This document shows positions 1 through 9,874 of a stretch of DNA of 64,000 nucleotides, one piece after another; position 1 is the first letter of the stretch; each line of letters starts with the position of its first letter. The position numbers and the translations under genes were made by a program. Where the stretch lies: the IMG/VR virus record IMGVR_UViG_3300006947_000007, positions 18,406 through 82,405 of that record. The stretch is one strand, 5' to 3'. The notes under the pieces are model-generated. The model saw nothing but the letters and a program-made list of their open reading frames with translations. It had not been told where the DNA came from and searched no databases. This DNA is from a virus.

Positions 1-2
1 CT

Positions 3-719
3 GCTGGCGACCAGTGGCACGCTCCTAACTTTGAAGACCCCAATAGAGATGTTCTATCGCCTTTAGCGTTTAAAAAGATCGGTGATCATCTGTATACAAT
101 GACCGGTAATATCTTAGCAGAAGACTGTGAACGTATTGTTCCAGACCTACCTAAAGGTGACCATCCATTTACAGTTATATTAGAAAGCCCAGGCGGATCA
201 TTAGCAGATGGGGCCTGTTTAGCAGGGCATCTTAAAATTCGAAACGTAGTAACTGTAATTAGAGACACACCTATACTAAACGAAGACGGCGAAGTGATAT
301 ATGAGCCAGGACTAATTGGCCTAGCAGGCGATCCTGATCCAGATGGAAAAGTAATATGTGCCTCTTCGTGTTCATTACTATTTTTAGCAGGTGACAATCG
401 TTACTTGATTGGTGATGTGTGGTTAGGAATACACGGACCCAGAACACCTGATGATGCTATCGCTGGTATCGGTAAAAGAGCCCTCGAGGCATCAGCATAT
501 AGGACTTCAGCCGCAATAATGTTAATGTTAGATCAATTAGGAGTAACAGACAATCAAATTAAATATATGTTTGTTCAAGTTCCTTCAACATCGATGTATT
601 GGCTTAATGTAAAAGATTTTGAATATAAACCCGAACTCAAAACACTAGCTACCCACTATAAAAACTTTTGGGGTTTTACTGGCGTTGGTGCTGTAGGGTT
701 CGACGGTACTCAACAATGA
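3..719 (+). CDS. ClpP/crotonase-fold protein (COG3904-like), 5' end probably outside window
   Basis: Frame open from position 3; motifs LESPGG, CASSC (Ser nucleophile-like), GIH. Confidence 0.6.
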   Translation, partial: AGDQWHAPNFEDPNRDVLSPLAFKKIGDHLYTMTGNILAEDCERIVPDLPKGDHPFTVILESPGGSLADGACLAGHLKIRNVVTVIRDTPILNEDGEVIYEPGLIGLAGDPDPDGKVICASSCSLLFLAGDNRYLIGDVWLGIHGPRTPDDAIAGIGKRALEASAYRTSAAIMLMLDQLGVTDNQIKYMFVQVPSTSMYWLNVKDFEYKPELKTLATHYKNFWGFTGVGAVGFDGTQQ

Positions 720-735
720 TCAAAGGAGATATACA

Positions 736-1761
736 ATGTTAAAATCGTTTTTTGGAACATGGGCCTATGCCTTTTATGCTTGGGCAATGCTAAGTGTATT
801 GCTAGGTATATCTTGGTACACCGTAGAAATACTTGTTTTTTATAATGCCTGGAATAAAGAAATTTATGATGTCATTCAAACATTAAACGAAGATAGATTT
901 TGGGAATTATTCTTAGGATTTGATTTAGGACGAATGTGGGAGTTTTTCACATTAACAGAAGACACAATGCCGTCATTTGTTGAGATTATAATATTATATA
1001 CACCAATAGCCGTGTATGCTTCTTGGCAAACACAAAGGTATTGTTTTAAATGGCGTGAAGCTAATACTCACCATTACTTAGTTAGGTGGGAGAATTGTAA
1101 AGCTAAAATAGAAGGTGGTAGTCAGCGTATACAAGAAGACTTAATGATATTTGGTAAAACCCTACAAGGGTTATTTACTGGATTCTTTTCTTCTATATTA
1201 ATACTAATTGCTTTCCTCCCTATTCTATGGGAATTGTCTGAAGGTTTGCCAATATGGAACGGCAAAATAATTCCAGGATTCTTAGTATGGGTAGCATTAA
1301 GTGTATCTATAGGTGGTACATTGATATCTGTTATCCTTGGTTGGAAACTTCCAAAACTTGAGTACAATAATCAAAAAGTTGAAGCTACTTTTAGAAAACA
1401 ATTAGTGTACTCCGAAGATGATTTTAATAGCAGGGCTACCGAAGTTCTATTTCCTATGTTTTCATCAGTTAAAAGAAACTACTATAGACTTTTTAACTGG
1501 TATATGGGATTTGGCGTCTGGCAAACAGCATTTGGATTATGTGTAGGCAACTTAGCACTTATCGTACTTGCTCCAGCATACTTCCAACAGCTGATTACTT
1601 TAGGCGTATTATTCCAAGTTCTAAACGCCTTTGGTAGAGTAGAAAGTTCAATGGGTTTCTTCATAGATAGATGGACTACAATTGTAGACTTTTTATCAGT
1701 AATAAAACGTATCCGTGAATTTAACAAGGCCCTGGACCAAGCAGAATTAGAGGAAAAATAA
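736..1761 (+). CDS. sbmA: SbmA/BacA-family peptide transporter
   Basis: Multiple TM helices; QRIQED, FRKQLVYSED and C-terminal WTTIVDFLSVIKRIREF match SbmA/BacA signature segments. Confidence 0.85.
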   Translation: MLKSFFGTWAYAFYAWAMLSVLLGISWYTVEILVFYNAWNKEIYDVIQTLNEDRFWELFLGFDLGRMWEFFTLTEDTMPSFVEIIILYTPIAVYASWQTQRYCFKWREANTHHYLVRWENCKAKIEGGSQRIQEDLMIFGKTLQGLFTGFFSSILILIAFLPILWELSEGLPIWNGKIIPGFLVWVALSVSIGGTLISVILGWKLPKLEYNNQKVEATFRKQLVYSEDDFNSRATEVLFPMFSSVKRNYYRLFNWYMGFGVWQTAFGLCVGNLALIVLAPAYFQQLITLGVLFQVLNAFGRVESSMGFFIDRWTTIVDFLSVIKRIREFNKALDQAELEEK

Positions 1762-1762
1762 A

Positions 1763-2245
1763 ATGATAAAGAAAACTTTAGCCAGATGGTGGCTAATTAC
1801 TGTCATCACATTGTGTGGATTTGTGCCAGTATATCAATACGGCATATTCCATGACATTTATAAGGCAGACGTGACTGGTATTCACTTAGTGATTTACGGT
1901 GTGTTTCTAATAGCAACAATTCTAACAGGGATTGCCGCTTATAGAACATCCAAGGATTCTAGCAAAAAATATAATTCAACAACACACAAAGTAATAGAAA
2001 TGAATTGGTTCTGTTCAGAAGCTATGATGACATTAGGTTTGATTGGTACTGTAGCAGGTATGATATATTTGTTTGGGCAGATCTTTTTAGACATAGATCC
2101 AAGTAATGCAGACGATTTGAAAAAGGCATTATCTTATATGGCTACTGGTTTGTCAACTGCTATGTACACTACGATTTGCGGTATGATCGGAGCGTTGCTT
2201 ATCAAGGTCCAATTAATGAGTATAGAGTTTGATCAAGATGGATAA
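1763..2245 (+). CDS. MotA/TolQ/ExbB proton-channel family protein
   Basis: LGLIGTVAGMI and GLSTAMYTTICG TM motifs. Confidence 0.8.
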   Translation: MIKKTLARWWLITVITLCGFVPVYQYGIFHDIYKADVTGIHLVIYGVFLIATILTGIAAYRTSKDSSKKYNSTTHKVIEMNWFCSEAMMTLGLIGTVAGMIYLFGQIFLDIDPSNADDLKKALSYMATGLSTAMYTTICGMIGALLIKVQLMSIEFDQDG

Positions 2246-2918
2246 AAATAAGTATAAAAGCATGACATCATTCCTAGATATGTTATGGATATTACTAGCA
2301 GGGTTTGGTGCTATGTTTATTATTGCTTTTCTTCTTATACAACCTCCAGCAAAAGAGGCAGATATTATTAAGAAAGCAGAATATATTATTGTCCTTAGTT
2401 GGGACAGTAAAGTAGGTGATGATATTGACCTTTGGGTACAAGATCCAAAAGGTGTTACGGTTAGTTTTAAAAATAGATCAGCCGGCTTTATGAACTTAGA
2501 AAAAGACGACCTCGGAAGAACAAACGATACTATGACAGACGAGTATGGTACTGTAACTGTTATGGAAATAAACAGAGAAACAATAACACTTCGAGGGACT
2601 ATAGAAGGCGAATACCAAGTTATGATTCATGTTTACAACAGAGAGTTTAAGAGTATGGGCACAGGATTAGGCAGAGAACGAACTACTGGGCCGGTACCGT
2701 ATACAGTTGAAGTTGTTAAGATTAATCCTTATAGAATTGTTTATGCCGAAGAAGGATTTTATGAATTTGACAAACAGGAAATAAGCATTGTAAGATTTAA
2801 AGTAGATAAAAAAGGTTGGTTTGATGGTTTTAACAAAGATCCATCAAACATTATAATGATGAGATCTACCTCGTACGACGGCAATACTGAAACAGTAGAC
2901 GGGACACCAAGATTATGA
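2229..2918 (+). CDS. ExbD/TolR/MotB-like single-TM partner with periplasmic YfaP/DUF2135-like domain
   Basis: N-terminal TM with Asp (SFLDMLWILL); DDIDLWVQDPKG...LEKDD...E.ITL...GEYQVMIHVY; overlaps the ExbB-like gene. Confidence 0.6.
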   Translation: MIKMDKNKYKSMTSFLDMLWILLAGFGAMFIIAFLLIQPPAKEADIIKKAEYIIVLSWDSKVGDDIDLWVQDPKGVTVSFKNRSAGFMNLEKDDLGRTNDTMTDEYGTVTVMEINRETITLRGTIEGEYQVMIHVYNREFKSMGTGLGRERTTGPVPYTVEVVKINPYRIVYAEEGFYEFDKQEISIVRFKVDKKGWFDGFNKDPSNIIMMRSTSYDGNTETVDGTPRL

Positions 2919-3415
2919 TACTAGATATAGAAACTACTAAACTCTTTTTAACAATATCAATTTTCATACTAATGGGATTTAGTTTATTAGTATCCATTCG
3001 TTACGGTAAACTAAATAAATGGACTTACATAATGATTCCTGTTATATTAGCGTTATCTATAACTGTTAAAATTAGTATAGAAGATATGTTAGGTTATCCT
3101 ACTAACAGACAAGTAACTAAAGAACAATTATACCTGACTCACATGATCGGTATAAACAAAGAATGGATATATATTTGGGCAATTGACAAACAAGTATCTA
3201 TGGTGCCAAGGTCATATAGAATAGACTATACTAAAGAAAATGAGAAAAAACTTAATGAAGCTAAGAATCAAGCATCAAGCGGAGTGCCAATGGGAGTGAC
3301 AATTGAACGGCCGCCTATATCATTAAGTGATAATCAAGATCAAACTAGAGTCCGAGTAGATATTTACAACAAATTTACTGGGGTAACTAAACAAATTAAT
3401 GGGGAAAATGAATGA
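2915..3415 (+). CDS. membrane protein (2 N-terminal TM)
   Basis: Hydrophobic N-terminus; ATGA overlaps with both neighbours. Confidence 0.6.
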   Translation: MILDIETTKLFLTISIFILMGFSLLVSIRYGKLNKWTYIMIPVILALSITVKISIEDMLGYPTNRQVTKEQLYLTHMIGINKEWIYIWAIDKQVSMVPRSYRIDYTKENEKKLNEAKNQASSGVPMGVTIERPPISLSDNQDQTRVRVDIYNKFTGVTKQINGENE

Positions 3416-3990
3416 GTGAGAAAAAACAATTAACACCAGCAGACATGATACCACCTAAAATAGAATTACTATTAAATGGTATGTATGTGTTTATGGGAGA
3501 TGTTTCTATGGAAACTATGAGTCCAGTAGTTGACTGGATACTCGCTGAAAACATGAAAAAAACTAATAAAGCAAAAGAATTAACCTTAGGGATTTGTTCT
3601 CGAGGTGGAGACTTAAATGCCTGTTTTGCTTTAGTTGATGTTATGAGGGCGTCGTCAATACCCGTTAAAACAGTAGGACTTGGGATGATTGCTTCATGCG
3701 GTTTACTGTTGTTTATATCAGGTAAGAAAGGACGAAGAGTGCTTACACCTAATACAGCAATATTGTCTCACCAGTACAGTTGGGGAAGTGTAGGTAAAGA
3801 ACACGAACTATTTGCTCGTGTTAAGGAAATGGAACTAACCTCAGAGCGTTTAATTAATCACTATAGAAAGTGTACAGGATTATCAGAAAAGAAAATTAGA
3901 GAAGTTTTACTACCTCCTCAAGATGTATGGCTTGGTTCCGAAGAAGCCTTAGCATTAAAACTTTGCGATAGGGTAGAAAGCATTAAATAG
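3412..3990 (+). CDS. clpP: ClpP protease proteolytic subunit
   Basis: SRGG, IASCG (Ser), SHQ (His), QDVW (Asp): intact triad. Confidence 0.88.
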   Translation: MSEKKQLTPADMIPPKIELLLNGMYVFMGDVSMETMSPVVDWILAENMKKTNKAKELTLGICSRGGDLNACFALVDVMRASSIPVKTVGLGMIASCGLLLFISGKKGRRVLTPNTAILSHQYSWGSVGKEHELFARVKEMELTSERLINHYRKCTGLSEKKIREVLLPPQDVWLGSEEALALKLCDRVESIK

Positions 3991-4645
3991 AATAGTATCT
4001 CATCATTAACGAATCCCTATTAAAATCTGTTAAGTTATTAATAGGGTTAACTAAATGCCAAGAATCTTCACTTGGTTTAATACACCAAGCGACATTAGGT
4101 ATAAATGGTATAGTTTCAATTGTCATGTAACTAATCTTTACATTAAATGCGTTAAATTTCTTTAGTAACTTTAAACCCAACCCTGGATGGCTGTTGTCAA
4201 TAGGACAGTATACTTGAAAGTTCAATAGTAATCCTTCATGATTCATATCTGTATGTGGTTTTAAATCTATAGTAATTTCTCTGACTAGTTCTGACCCGCC
4301 TTTTGCTTCTTCTGTAATACCAAACTTGTTAAAGATTGCTTCTTTAACATTTACATTAGACAATAACACATCAACTTCCACATGTACACTATTTGCTTTA
4401 TACATATCATAAGTTATTGTACCGGCTTCGTGTATGTTTTCCAATGTAGGGCTAAAGTCGCCTTTATTAGGTATTTCAATCTTTCGTATTGCTTTAAGAT
4501 TGTCGTTTGTTAATTTATTATTTGCTTGGACTAATCTGTTATACAGATCAGCGGGTAAAAAGTCATGGATTATAAAATGATCGAAAGGTGCCGATGACAC
4601 CGTTGCTTTATTAATTTTGGATAGTATATGATCTAAATGTTTCAT
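3983..4645 (-). CDS. 2OG-Fe(II) oxygenase-like protein
   Basis: PFDHFIIHDFLP, HTD, DSWHLV, RDSL motifs. Confidence 0.65.
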   Translation of the reverse strand: MKHLDHILSKINKATVSSAPFDHFIIHDFLPADLYNRLVQANNKLTNDNLKAIRKIEIPNKGDFSPTLENIHEAGTITYDMYKANSVHVEVDVLLSNVNVKEAIFNKFGITEEAKGGSELVREITIDLKPHTDMNHEGLLLNFQVYCPIDNSHPGLGLKLLKKFNAFNVKISYMTIETIPFIPNVAWCIKPSEDSWHLVNPINNLTDFNRDSLMMRYYSI

Positions 4646-4664
4646 TGCTCACTCATATTTATGT

Positions 4665-4739
4665 TGGTACACCCTAGGAGAATCGAACTCCTCTTGATGG
4701 CATGAAAAGCCACAGTCCTAACCGATAGACGAAGGGTGC
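4665..4739 (-). tRNA. tRNA-Glu(UUC)
   Basis: GCACCCT...AGGGTGT-A-CCA cloverleaf, anticodon loop TTTTCAT, T-loop TTCGATT. Confidence 0.93.
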
Positions 4740-5063
4740 TTAAACTGTTTCTATGTCGTCAGCTATTTTAACTGAGATAACGTTAGCCCAGATGAAACTG
4801 CGCCAGCCTTCTGCTTTGATATCCCACACACTTTGTAAGTGTTCCTTAACAGGCTTAGGTTCCTCACCCTCTGCTAATGGCTTAGGACGATTCTCTACAG
4901 GTATTGCCTCGGTTACAAGTGTACACGTCATTACACGCTGTTCACCGTTTTTCTTTGTAAATGTTACTTCCATGATATTTGAGCGTAAATCTTCTTTAAC
5001 TTCAGAGTTACGTTCTGGATCATCAAATCCTATTTCTTCAAATAACTTCATTTGTACTGCCAT
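4740..5063 (-). CDS. WYL-like (Sm/SH3 fold) phage protein
   Basis: VTFTKKNGEQRVMTCTL...VWDIKAEGWRSF pattern. Confidence 0.7.
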   Translation of the reverse strand: MAVQMKLFEEIGFDDPERNSEVKEDLRSNIMEVTFTKKNGEQRVMTCTLVTEAIPVENRPKPLAEGEEPKPVKEHLQSVWDIKAEGWRSFIWANVISVKIADDIETV

Positions 5064-5383
5064 TATGCTATAACTCCATAATAAAAATTTAATAAGCCAA
5101 CAACTATGAGAGTCACTAGCACCGCATTTAGAAAAATAAGAGCACGGTCATGCCATAGCATACCTACCCACAACCAACCAACAGTTCCAATTAAACCAAA
5201 CCATAAATCAATGTGAGGTATAGTTCCTACACTCCTGGCCGATGTTGCTATTAATATAAACATTACTGACACCCACTTAACATACCATGACAAGTCGCCC
5301 TTGGGCGTTATCTTCTTAAATACCCTAGTTGAATCTAGGGCTTTAATTTTATCATTAAGTTTTTGTCTTTTTTCAGATGCCAT
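5063..5383 (-). CDS. small membrane protein (DUF6552-like)
   Basis: 3 TM; SWYVKWVS, WHDRALIFLN. Confidence 0.55.
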   Translation of the reverse strand: MASEKRQKLNDKIKALDSTRVFKKITPKGDLSWYVKWVSVMFILIATSARSVGTIPHIDLWFGLIGTVGWLWVGMLWHDRALIFLNAVLVTLIVVGLLNFYYGVIA

Positions 5384-5504
5384 AAAAGATCTTTCCTACT
5401 TCAAAAGTAATTACAACTGCTACTAGAAAGTATACAGTATTTTTCATTCGGTTCATTGAACGTTCTAACTTATCCATTCCTTTACTCATTTTTTTATCTC
5501 CACA

Positions 5505-5903
5505 TTATTTAAATTGTTGACACAACATCAAATCATCTACTTGATATTCTGTTGATTTAATACAAGTATAAGCCAATAATATTGTTTCTGTCATTTCGTT
5601 ATACTCTTCCTCGGTGTGTCCTACTGTCTCGATTATTGGCTCACAGCCCTGGTAACCACCACCGCATTTTCTATATACTTCAGCAACTACAAAATCTAAT
5701 GTTTTGTCTGCTTTGTTAAGTTCTTCTAACTTGTTAATAATAGGAATAGCACATTGTCCATTGCCGTAATTTTGTATAGACTTATGACAAATAGACATCT
5801 CATCATATATTACTCTGCCTTCACTTTTAAGACTAAGTTCTATCGCATCTGTAGTACCACTAAGTGCTAATGTAAGTAGTGATAATAAAATAAGATCTAT
5901 CAT
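5505..5903 (-). CDS. hypothetical secreted Cys-containing protein
   Basis: Signal peptide, 6 Cys, operon context. Confidence 0.5.
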   Translation of the reverse strand: MIDLILLSLLTLALSGTTDAIELSLKSEGRVIYDEMSICHKSIQNYGNGQCAIPIINKLEELNKADKTLDFVVAEVYRKCGGGYQGCEPIIETVGHTEEEYNEMTETILLAYTCIKSTEYQVDDLMLCQQFK

Positions 5904-6097
5904 ACAGTCTTAGGTTTAGGTGACTCGTATATAGTGAGGTTGTCTAGGCCTTGATCTATCTTAGCCTTATCCATTATAGCATCAAAGGCTTTCTGATTCT
6001 GTAGTATTCTCAACTTTTTAAAGGCTTTCTGTGCCTCTGGTGTAGGCTTCTTCCAGCCTTTGTATTGTTCTTTAGCTCTTTCTTTTAATGACTTCAT
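5900..6097 (-). CDS. hypothetical protein
   Basis: GAGG RBS, overlaps neighbour. Confidence 0.5.
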   Translation of the reverse strand: MKSLKERAKEQYKGWKKPTPEAQKAFKKLRILQNQKAFDAIMDKAKIDQGLDNLTIYESPKPKTV

Positions 6098-6865
6098 TTA
6101 AGCCTCCTCGACTTTTTTAACATAATTTAAACTTGTTTCCCAAGCACCTTTATAAAACTTACTAAGACCAAGACGTTTCACCTTCGCTTTGATATCAATA
6201 ACATCATTAGTTTCACCTAATTCTTTACCGTTCCAAAAGTTAACAAGGAACTTGTTTTCGTATATACCTGTGTAAATAAATGATTCATAATTTTTAGAAT
6301 AAAAAGCATTTATAAGTTTAACACTACCTTCTATCTTATCACCTATTGAACCAATGTATTCATTAGCACAATTTTCTAATACAGTATCCTCAATAACTTC
6401 TTGTTTAGCATCTCTGTAATAAGCAGACGGAGTTGAACATAGTAAGCCTACTCCAAATGCCGGTACTTCTTCTTTGTCTAATGTTTGCCAAATGTTCTCA
6501 ACATACTCGTTAAGTTGACCACCTAGTGCTTCAAATATTTTACCTTGAAAGTGTGATTTAATATCTTCTGCTAGGCATTTATCTTCCATAGTGATTTCAA
6601 TCTTACAGGCTTGTAAGAAATCATATCTTTGTGGGTGGTGAGCATAACTAGGAAGGTTGCCTGTTACTAAAAAATATACTAGAGATTTGTTACTTGCTTT
6701 TGTAACAATCCATTTAGTAGGCTGATGATCAGGTTTGTGGTATTTTGTTTGATCTTCTTTAACATACGACCCGTTGATATGTTGGGCGGCACAAGCCGCC
6801 TGTAATACCAAATCTGTATTGTACGTTTTTGTTTGTTTCATAGCATTAGCCTTATAGTACATCAT
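6098..6865 (-). CDS. hypothetical protein with C-terminal OB-fold-like region
   Basis: YIGSIGDKIEG...KAKVK...ETSLNYVK pattern. Confidence 0.5.
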   Translation of the reverse strand: MMYYKANAMKQTKTYNTDLVLQAACAAQHINGSYVKEDQTKYHKPDHQPTKWIVTKASNKSLVYFLVTGNLPSYAHHPQRYDFLQACKIEITMEDKCLAEDIKSHFQGKIFEALGGQLNEYVENIWQTLDKEEVPAFGVGLLCSTPSAYYRDAKQEVIEDTVLENCANEYIGSIGDKIEGSVKLINAFYSKNYESFIYTGIYENKFLVNFWNGKELGETNDVIDIKAKVKRLGLSKFYKGAWETSLNYVKKVEEA

Positions 6866-7012
6866 TAAAAGTCGTCTTTATCAATAGGTTGAGCAGGCCT
6901 CTCTTGGCAAATACCCGTACTTGGTAGTTCAATATCGACTGGCATATAACTACAACATCCAGCTAAAAATCCTGTACATAAAATAAACATTAAAGTTATT
7001 AAATATTTCATG

Positions 7013-7216
7013 TTATTGTACCCATATATGGTTATATTTGGTTGGCATGTTTTCGCAATTATAAGCAGTATCACTAAATAGAATGCTTGGGAAGTTCTCC
7101 ACTTCAACACAAACTCCGGTGCTGTGGGACATTAATACGTTTGGAATAGAGAACATATAGTCAGCACCTACAAAACCTAAACCAAATATAACTAACCCTA
7201 CTATAACTGTTTTCAT
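7013..7216 (-). CDS. hypothetical early protein
   Basis: First ORF downstream of promoter at 7250-7278. Confidence 0.5.
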   Translation of the reverse strand: MKTVIVGLVIFGLGFVGADYMFSIPNVLMSHSTGVCVEVENFPSILFSDTAYNCENMPTKYNHIWVQ

Positions 7217-7249
7217 ATCTTCTACTCTTTTTATTAACTTATACTATGT

Positions 7250-7278
7250 ATTATACACTAGTCTAGGCCAAAAGTCAA
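7250..7278 (-). promoter_or_regulatory. sigma70-type early promoter
   Basis: TTGACT-N17-TATAAT with shared GGTTGACTTTTGGCCT core. Confidence 0.8.
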
Positions 7279-7320
7279 CCGAAAAGACGTCTTTTTTTCA
7301 TCTAATTTAAGGATTTGTGG

Positions 7321-8214
7321 TTATTTGAAGGCTTCGTCGAAGAATTCAGCCATTTTAGACATATATTTGGAATGTAAATGATGGTAATCATCATGACAGT
7401 ACTGCCGAAAGTGTCTCCTCATTACGGCTCCAGGTGGATTGTTTTTTGCTTCTTGACTCTTAAATTCAACAACCGATTTTTCATATTCCCATTGTATCAT
7501 ATTGTTATTTTTTAACATATTTAGACTTGCTGGAATACGGAACGAACTCATTAACGCCGGCGACCAGGAGAACCAATATACTTGTTTACCTTTGGTTTTT
7601 CTTAAGAACGAGTCTATAAATTCACATTGTGCTACGACATCTGAGTGTTTAGATTTAAGGCCGCCATTAACATTTGTTAAGACTTGCTTATATCCTCGCC
7701 ACTGTTCCTCTGTTAAACTATTAAATGACATACCGGTTTTTTCGGTCCAATATTGATTTAATTCTTCAATAGACATATTAGCATGAAATGAATCTATTAC
7801 CGGTGTCGCGTGTTCACGGTATTCTTCGTATAGGTTTTGGGGTAGACCATCTACCCATTCTTGAACTGGAAAGTAACGTTCATAGTGCTCATGGTAGTCT
7901 GAATTAACGTGTGCTGAAAGACGCTCTCCTTCAGGAATTTCTAGTACAAATACATCAGGATCATATCGATTTATTAATTCTAATATTCTTTTAAAGTAAG
8001 GTTCAATGCCTTGAGCAGGCTCACTACAATTGTAAATTTTATTATTAGGATGTCTTTGAGAAACTGCTTGAACTAGATTAGTTTCAAATGCAAATCTAGG
8101 ATTCGACTTTCTCTTTTCTCCGGGCCAACTATTAACATAAAGATTAGATTTAAATTCATCCTCACATTGGGACAAATAACTTGTTCCAATAAAGGCATAT
8201 GATTTATCTATCAA
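7321..8214 (-). CDS. SGNH-hydrolase-like protein
   Basis: N-terminal FIGTSY, C-terminal DDYHHL; paralog of 26063..26956. Confidence 0.45.
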   Translation of the reverse strand: MIDKSYAFIGTSYLSQCEDEFKSNLYVNSWPGEKRKSNPRFAFETNLVQAVSQRHPNNKIYNCSEPAQGIEPYFKRILELINRYDPDVFVLEIPEGERLSAHVNSDYHEHYERYFPVQEWVDGLPQNLYEEYREHATPVIDSFHANMSIEELNQYWTEKTGMSFNSLTEEQWRGYKQVLTNVNGGLKSKHSDVVAQCEFIDSFLRKTKGKQVYWFSWSPALMSSFRIPASLNMLKNNNMIQWEYEKSVVEFKSQEAKNNPPGAVMRRHFRQYCHDDYHHLHSKYMSKMAEFFDEAFK

Positions 8215-8582
8215 AACGGTACTTGAATATAATCATCTTCTTCTAAGTCGGGTGGTGTTAGAAGCTCTAATGTTATATGTTGCTCAACTGCTAAAGCATA
8301 CTCGTCAGCTAGTTGTTTAAGATGTGGATGTTTTTCTTCCATTTCTACATTACGGTCCAAATCTGCTGGAATACCTAATGCCCTTTCTATTCGCTGTAGG
8401 CGATAATTAACTTGGTCTAGTTCAGTATTGTCTTCTGCTAAATCTGAAAGCCTGGCTTTAAGAAATGGTTCATTAGCAAAGTCTATTCCTGATTCGGAAG
8501 TCATATATTTAATTGAGTTGCTATCTTCATTGTAATAACTATCTATGTCTAGTATATACTGGCCGTGTTCATCTGGGTTCAT
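8211..8582 (-). CDS. hypothetical protein
   Basis: Translationally coupled ORF. Confidence 0.55.
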   Translation of the reverse strand: MNPDEHGQYILDIDSYYNEDSNSIKYMTSESGIDFANEPFLKARLSDLAEDNTELDQVNYRLQRIERALGIPADLDRNVEMEEKHPHLKQLADEYALAVEQHITLELLTPPDLEEDDYIQVPF

Positions 8583-9874
8583 TTTGTTTCTCCTAATTCG
8601 ATCCTTTCTTCTTTCTTAGATCTTAGTGATGTAGCAATTGATCCACAGTTATCAATACAAATATTAAGCCTAGGCTTATCGGGATCATCTGTTTTATTAT
8701 CCCAACTATCATGTAAATCCTTTTGAAAGAATTTATGATGTAAGATATCTTCTAATGTATGATGACTTGTATAGTTCCACTTCTCATCATACTTGTTAAC
8801 ATAGTAATTTTGGTATTCGTTATCAGGCTGTCCTTGTTCGTTTGCTGAATCCTTGTTCCAAGGTCTACCAAAGTATGCTGTCATATGGCAACAAACATGG
8901 ACTCGTCCGTCCCATTCAATTTGTAGCTTTCCTTCATTGCCCCACTGACACCAAATGCTACAATTATTAGCATAGTCGTCCATATCGTTGTTAAACTCTT
9001 CGACAACAATTTTCTTTGCTTTTACTTCCATTTCTTTGTATGCTTCTGTAGTGTGACTGTGTTCGGCACCGTCGGACATGTCTTTCTTTTTTACCTTGCT
9101 AAAGCCATCAACTTCATAACTTGTTTCTTTGTCTTCCACAGTCATAACACCTGTTCTAATTGCTTCTTCTCTTAGTGTGTTAGAAATGTGTTCTGCCATT
9201 CTACTACGTCTAATATCAAACCTGGAGAATCCATATTCTTTTGCTAGTTTTTGAGCATCTTGTATCTGATGTTTGTTATGATCAAATTCTATAAACTGCC
9301 ATACTGCTACACCACCAGCATCCATAAACCACTTAGCTCTTTCTAATACTTTTTCGTAAGGTACACCCCTACGATACATTTGGTGTGTCTTATCGTCTGT
9401 GCCTTCTAAAGCAAATATAACTTCAGAGTTGTTAGGGTTATATCGTTCACTGGCAATCTTGCCTAGTTCAGTCCAAAATGCTTTATCTCTTACACCACCG
9501 TTTGTGCTAATCCATAAGTCAGTACGTCGGTTACGACCGTTTGCTTCACGCTCTGCTTTTTGTGAATCACTAACGTCTGCTATATGGTGTAAGATTTCAA
9601 TCAAGTCTGGGTGCATTATACAGTCACCAAACGTGCCATTAAAGTCTAATGTTTTAAGACCTCCCATTACTGTAGGAGTAAACACATTTTTAACAGTTGA
9701 CAACGGCATGTTACCCTTATGTCCTACTTGTATAGCAGGATTGATATCACCTTCTTTAAGTCCTAGTCGTGGAACATCTGACGATACACGCCTCAAGCAT
9801 CCAGGACAGAAACTATTACAGTTGGCTGTAATATCTATTGTAATTCTTCTAAGTTTTTTAGGGTCTAAGAACAT
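8579..9874 (-). CDS. radical SAM protein with C-terminal SPASM/twitch domain
   Basis: CNSFCPGC motif; C-terminal GRVHVCCH...CIDNC. Confidence 0.88.
   Translation of the reverse strand: MFLDPKKLRRITIDITANCNSFCPGCLRRVSSDVPRLGLKEGDINPAIQVGHKGNMPLSTVKNVFTPTVMGGLKTLDFNGTFGDCIMHPDLIEILHHIADVSDSQKAEREANGRNRRTDLWISTNGGVRDKAFWTELGKIASERYNPNNSEVIFALEGTDDKTHQMYRRGVPYEKVLERAKWFMDAGGVAVWQFIEFDHNKHQIQDAQKLAKEYGFSRFDIRRSRMAEHISNTLREEAIRTGVMTVEDKETSYEVDGFSKVKKKDMSDGAEHSHTTEAYKEMEVKAKKIVVEEFNNDMDDYANNCSIWCQWGNEGKLQIEWDGRVHVCCHMTAYFGRPWNKDSANEQGQPDNEYQNYYVNKYDEKWNYTSHHTLEDILHHKFFQKDLHDSWDNKTDDPDKPRLNICIDNCGSIATSLRSKKEERIELGETK

Noticed and set aside
1763-2918. Zorya (ZorAB) or flagellar stator
   Set aside because: No long ZorA tail, no OmpA-like peptidoglycan-binding domain in the partner, no ZorC/D/E
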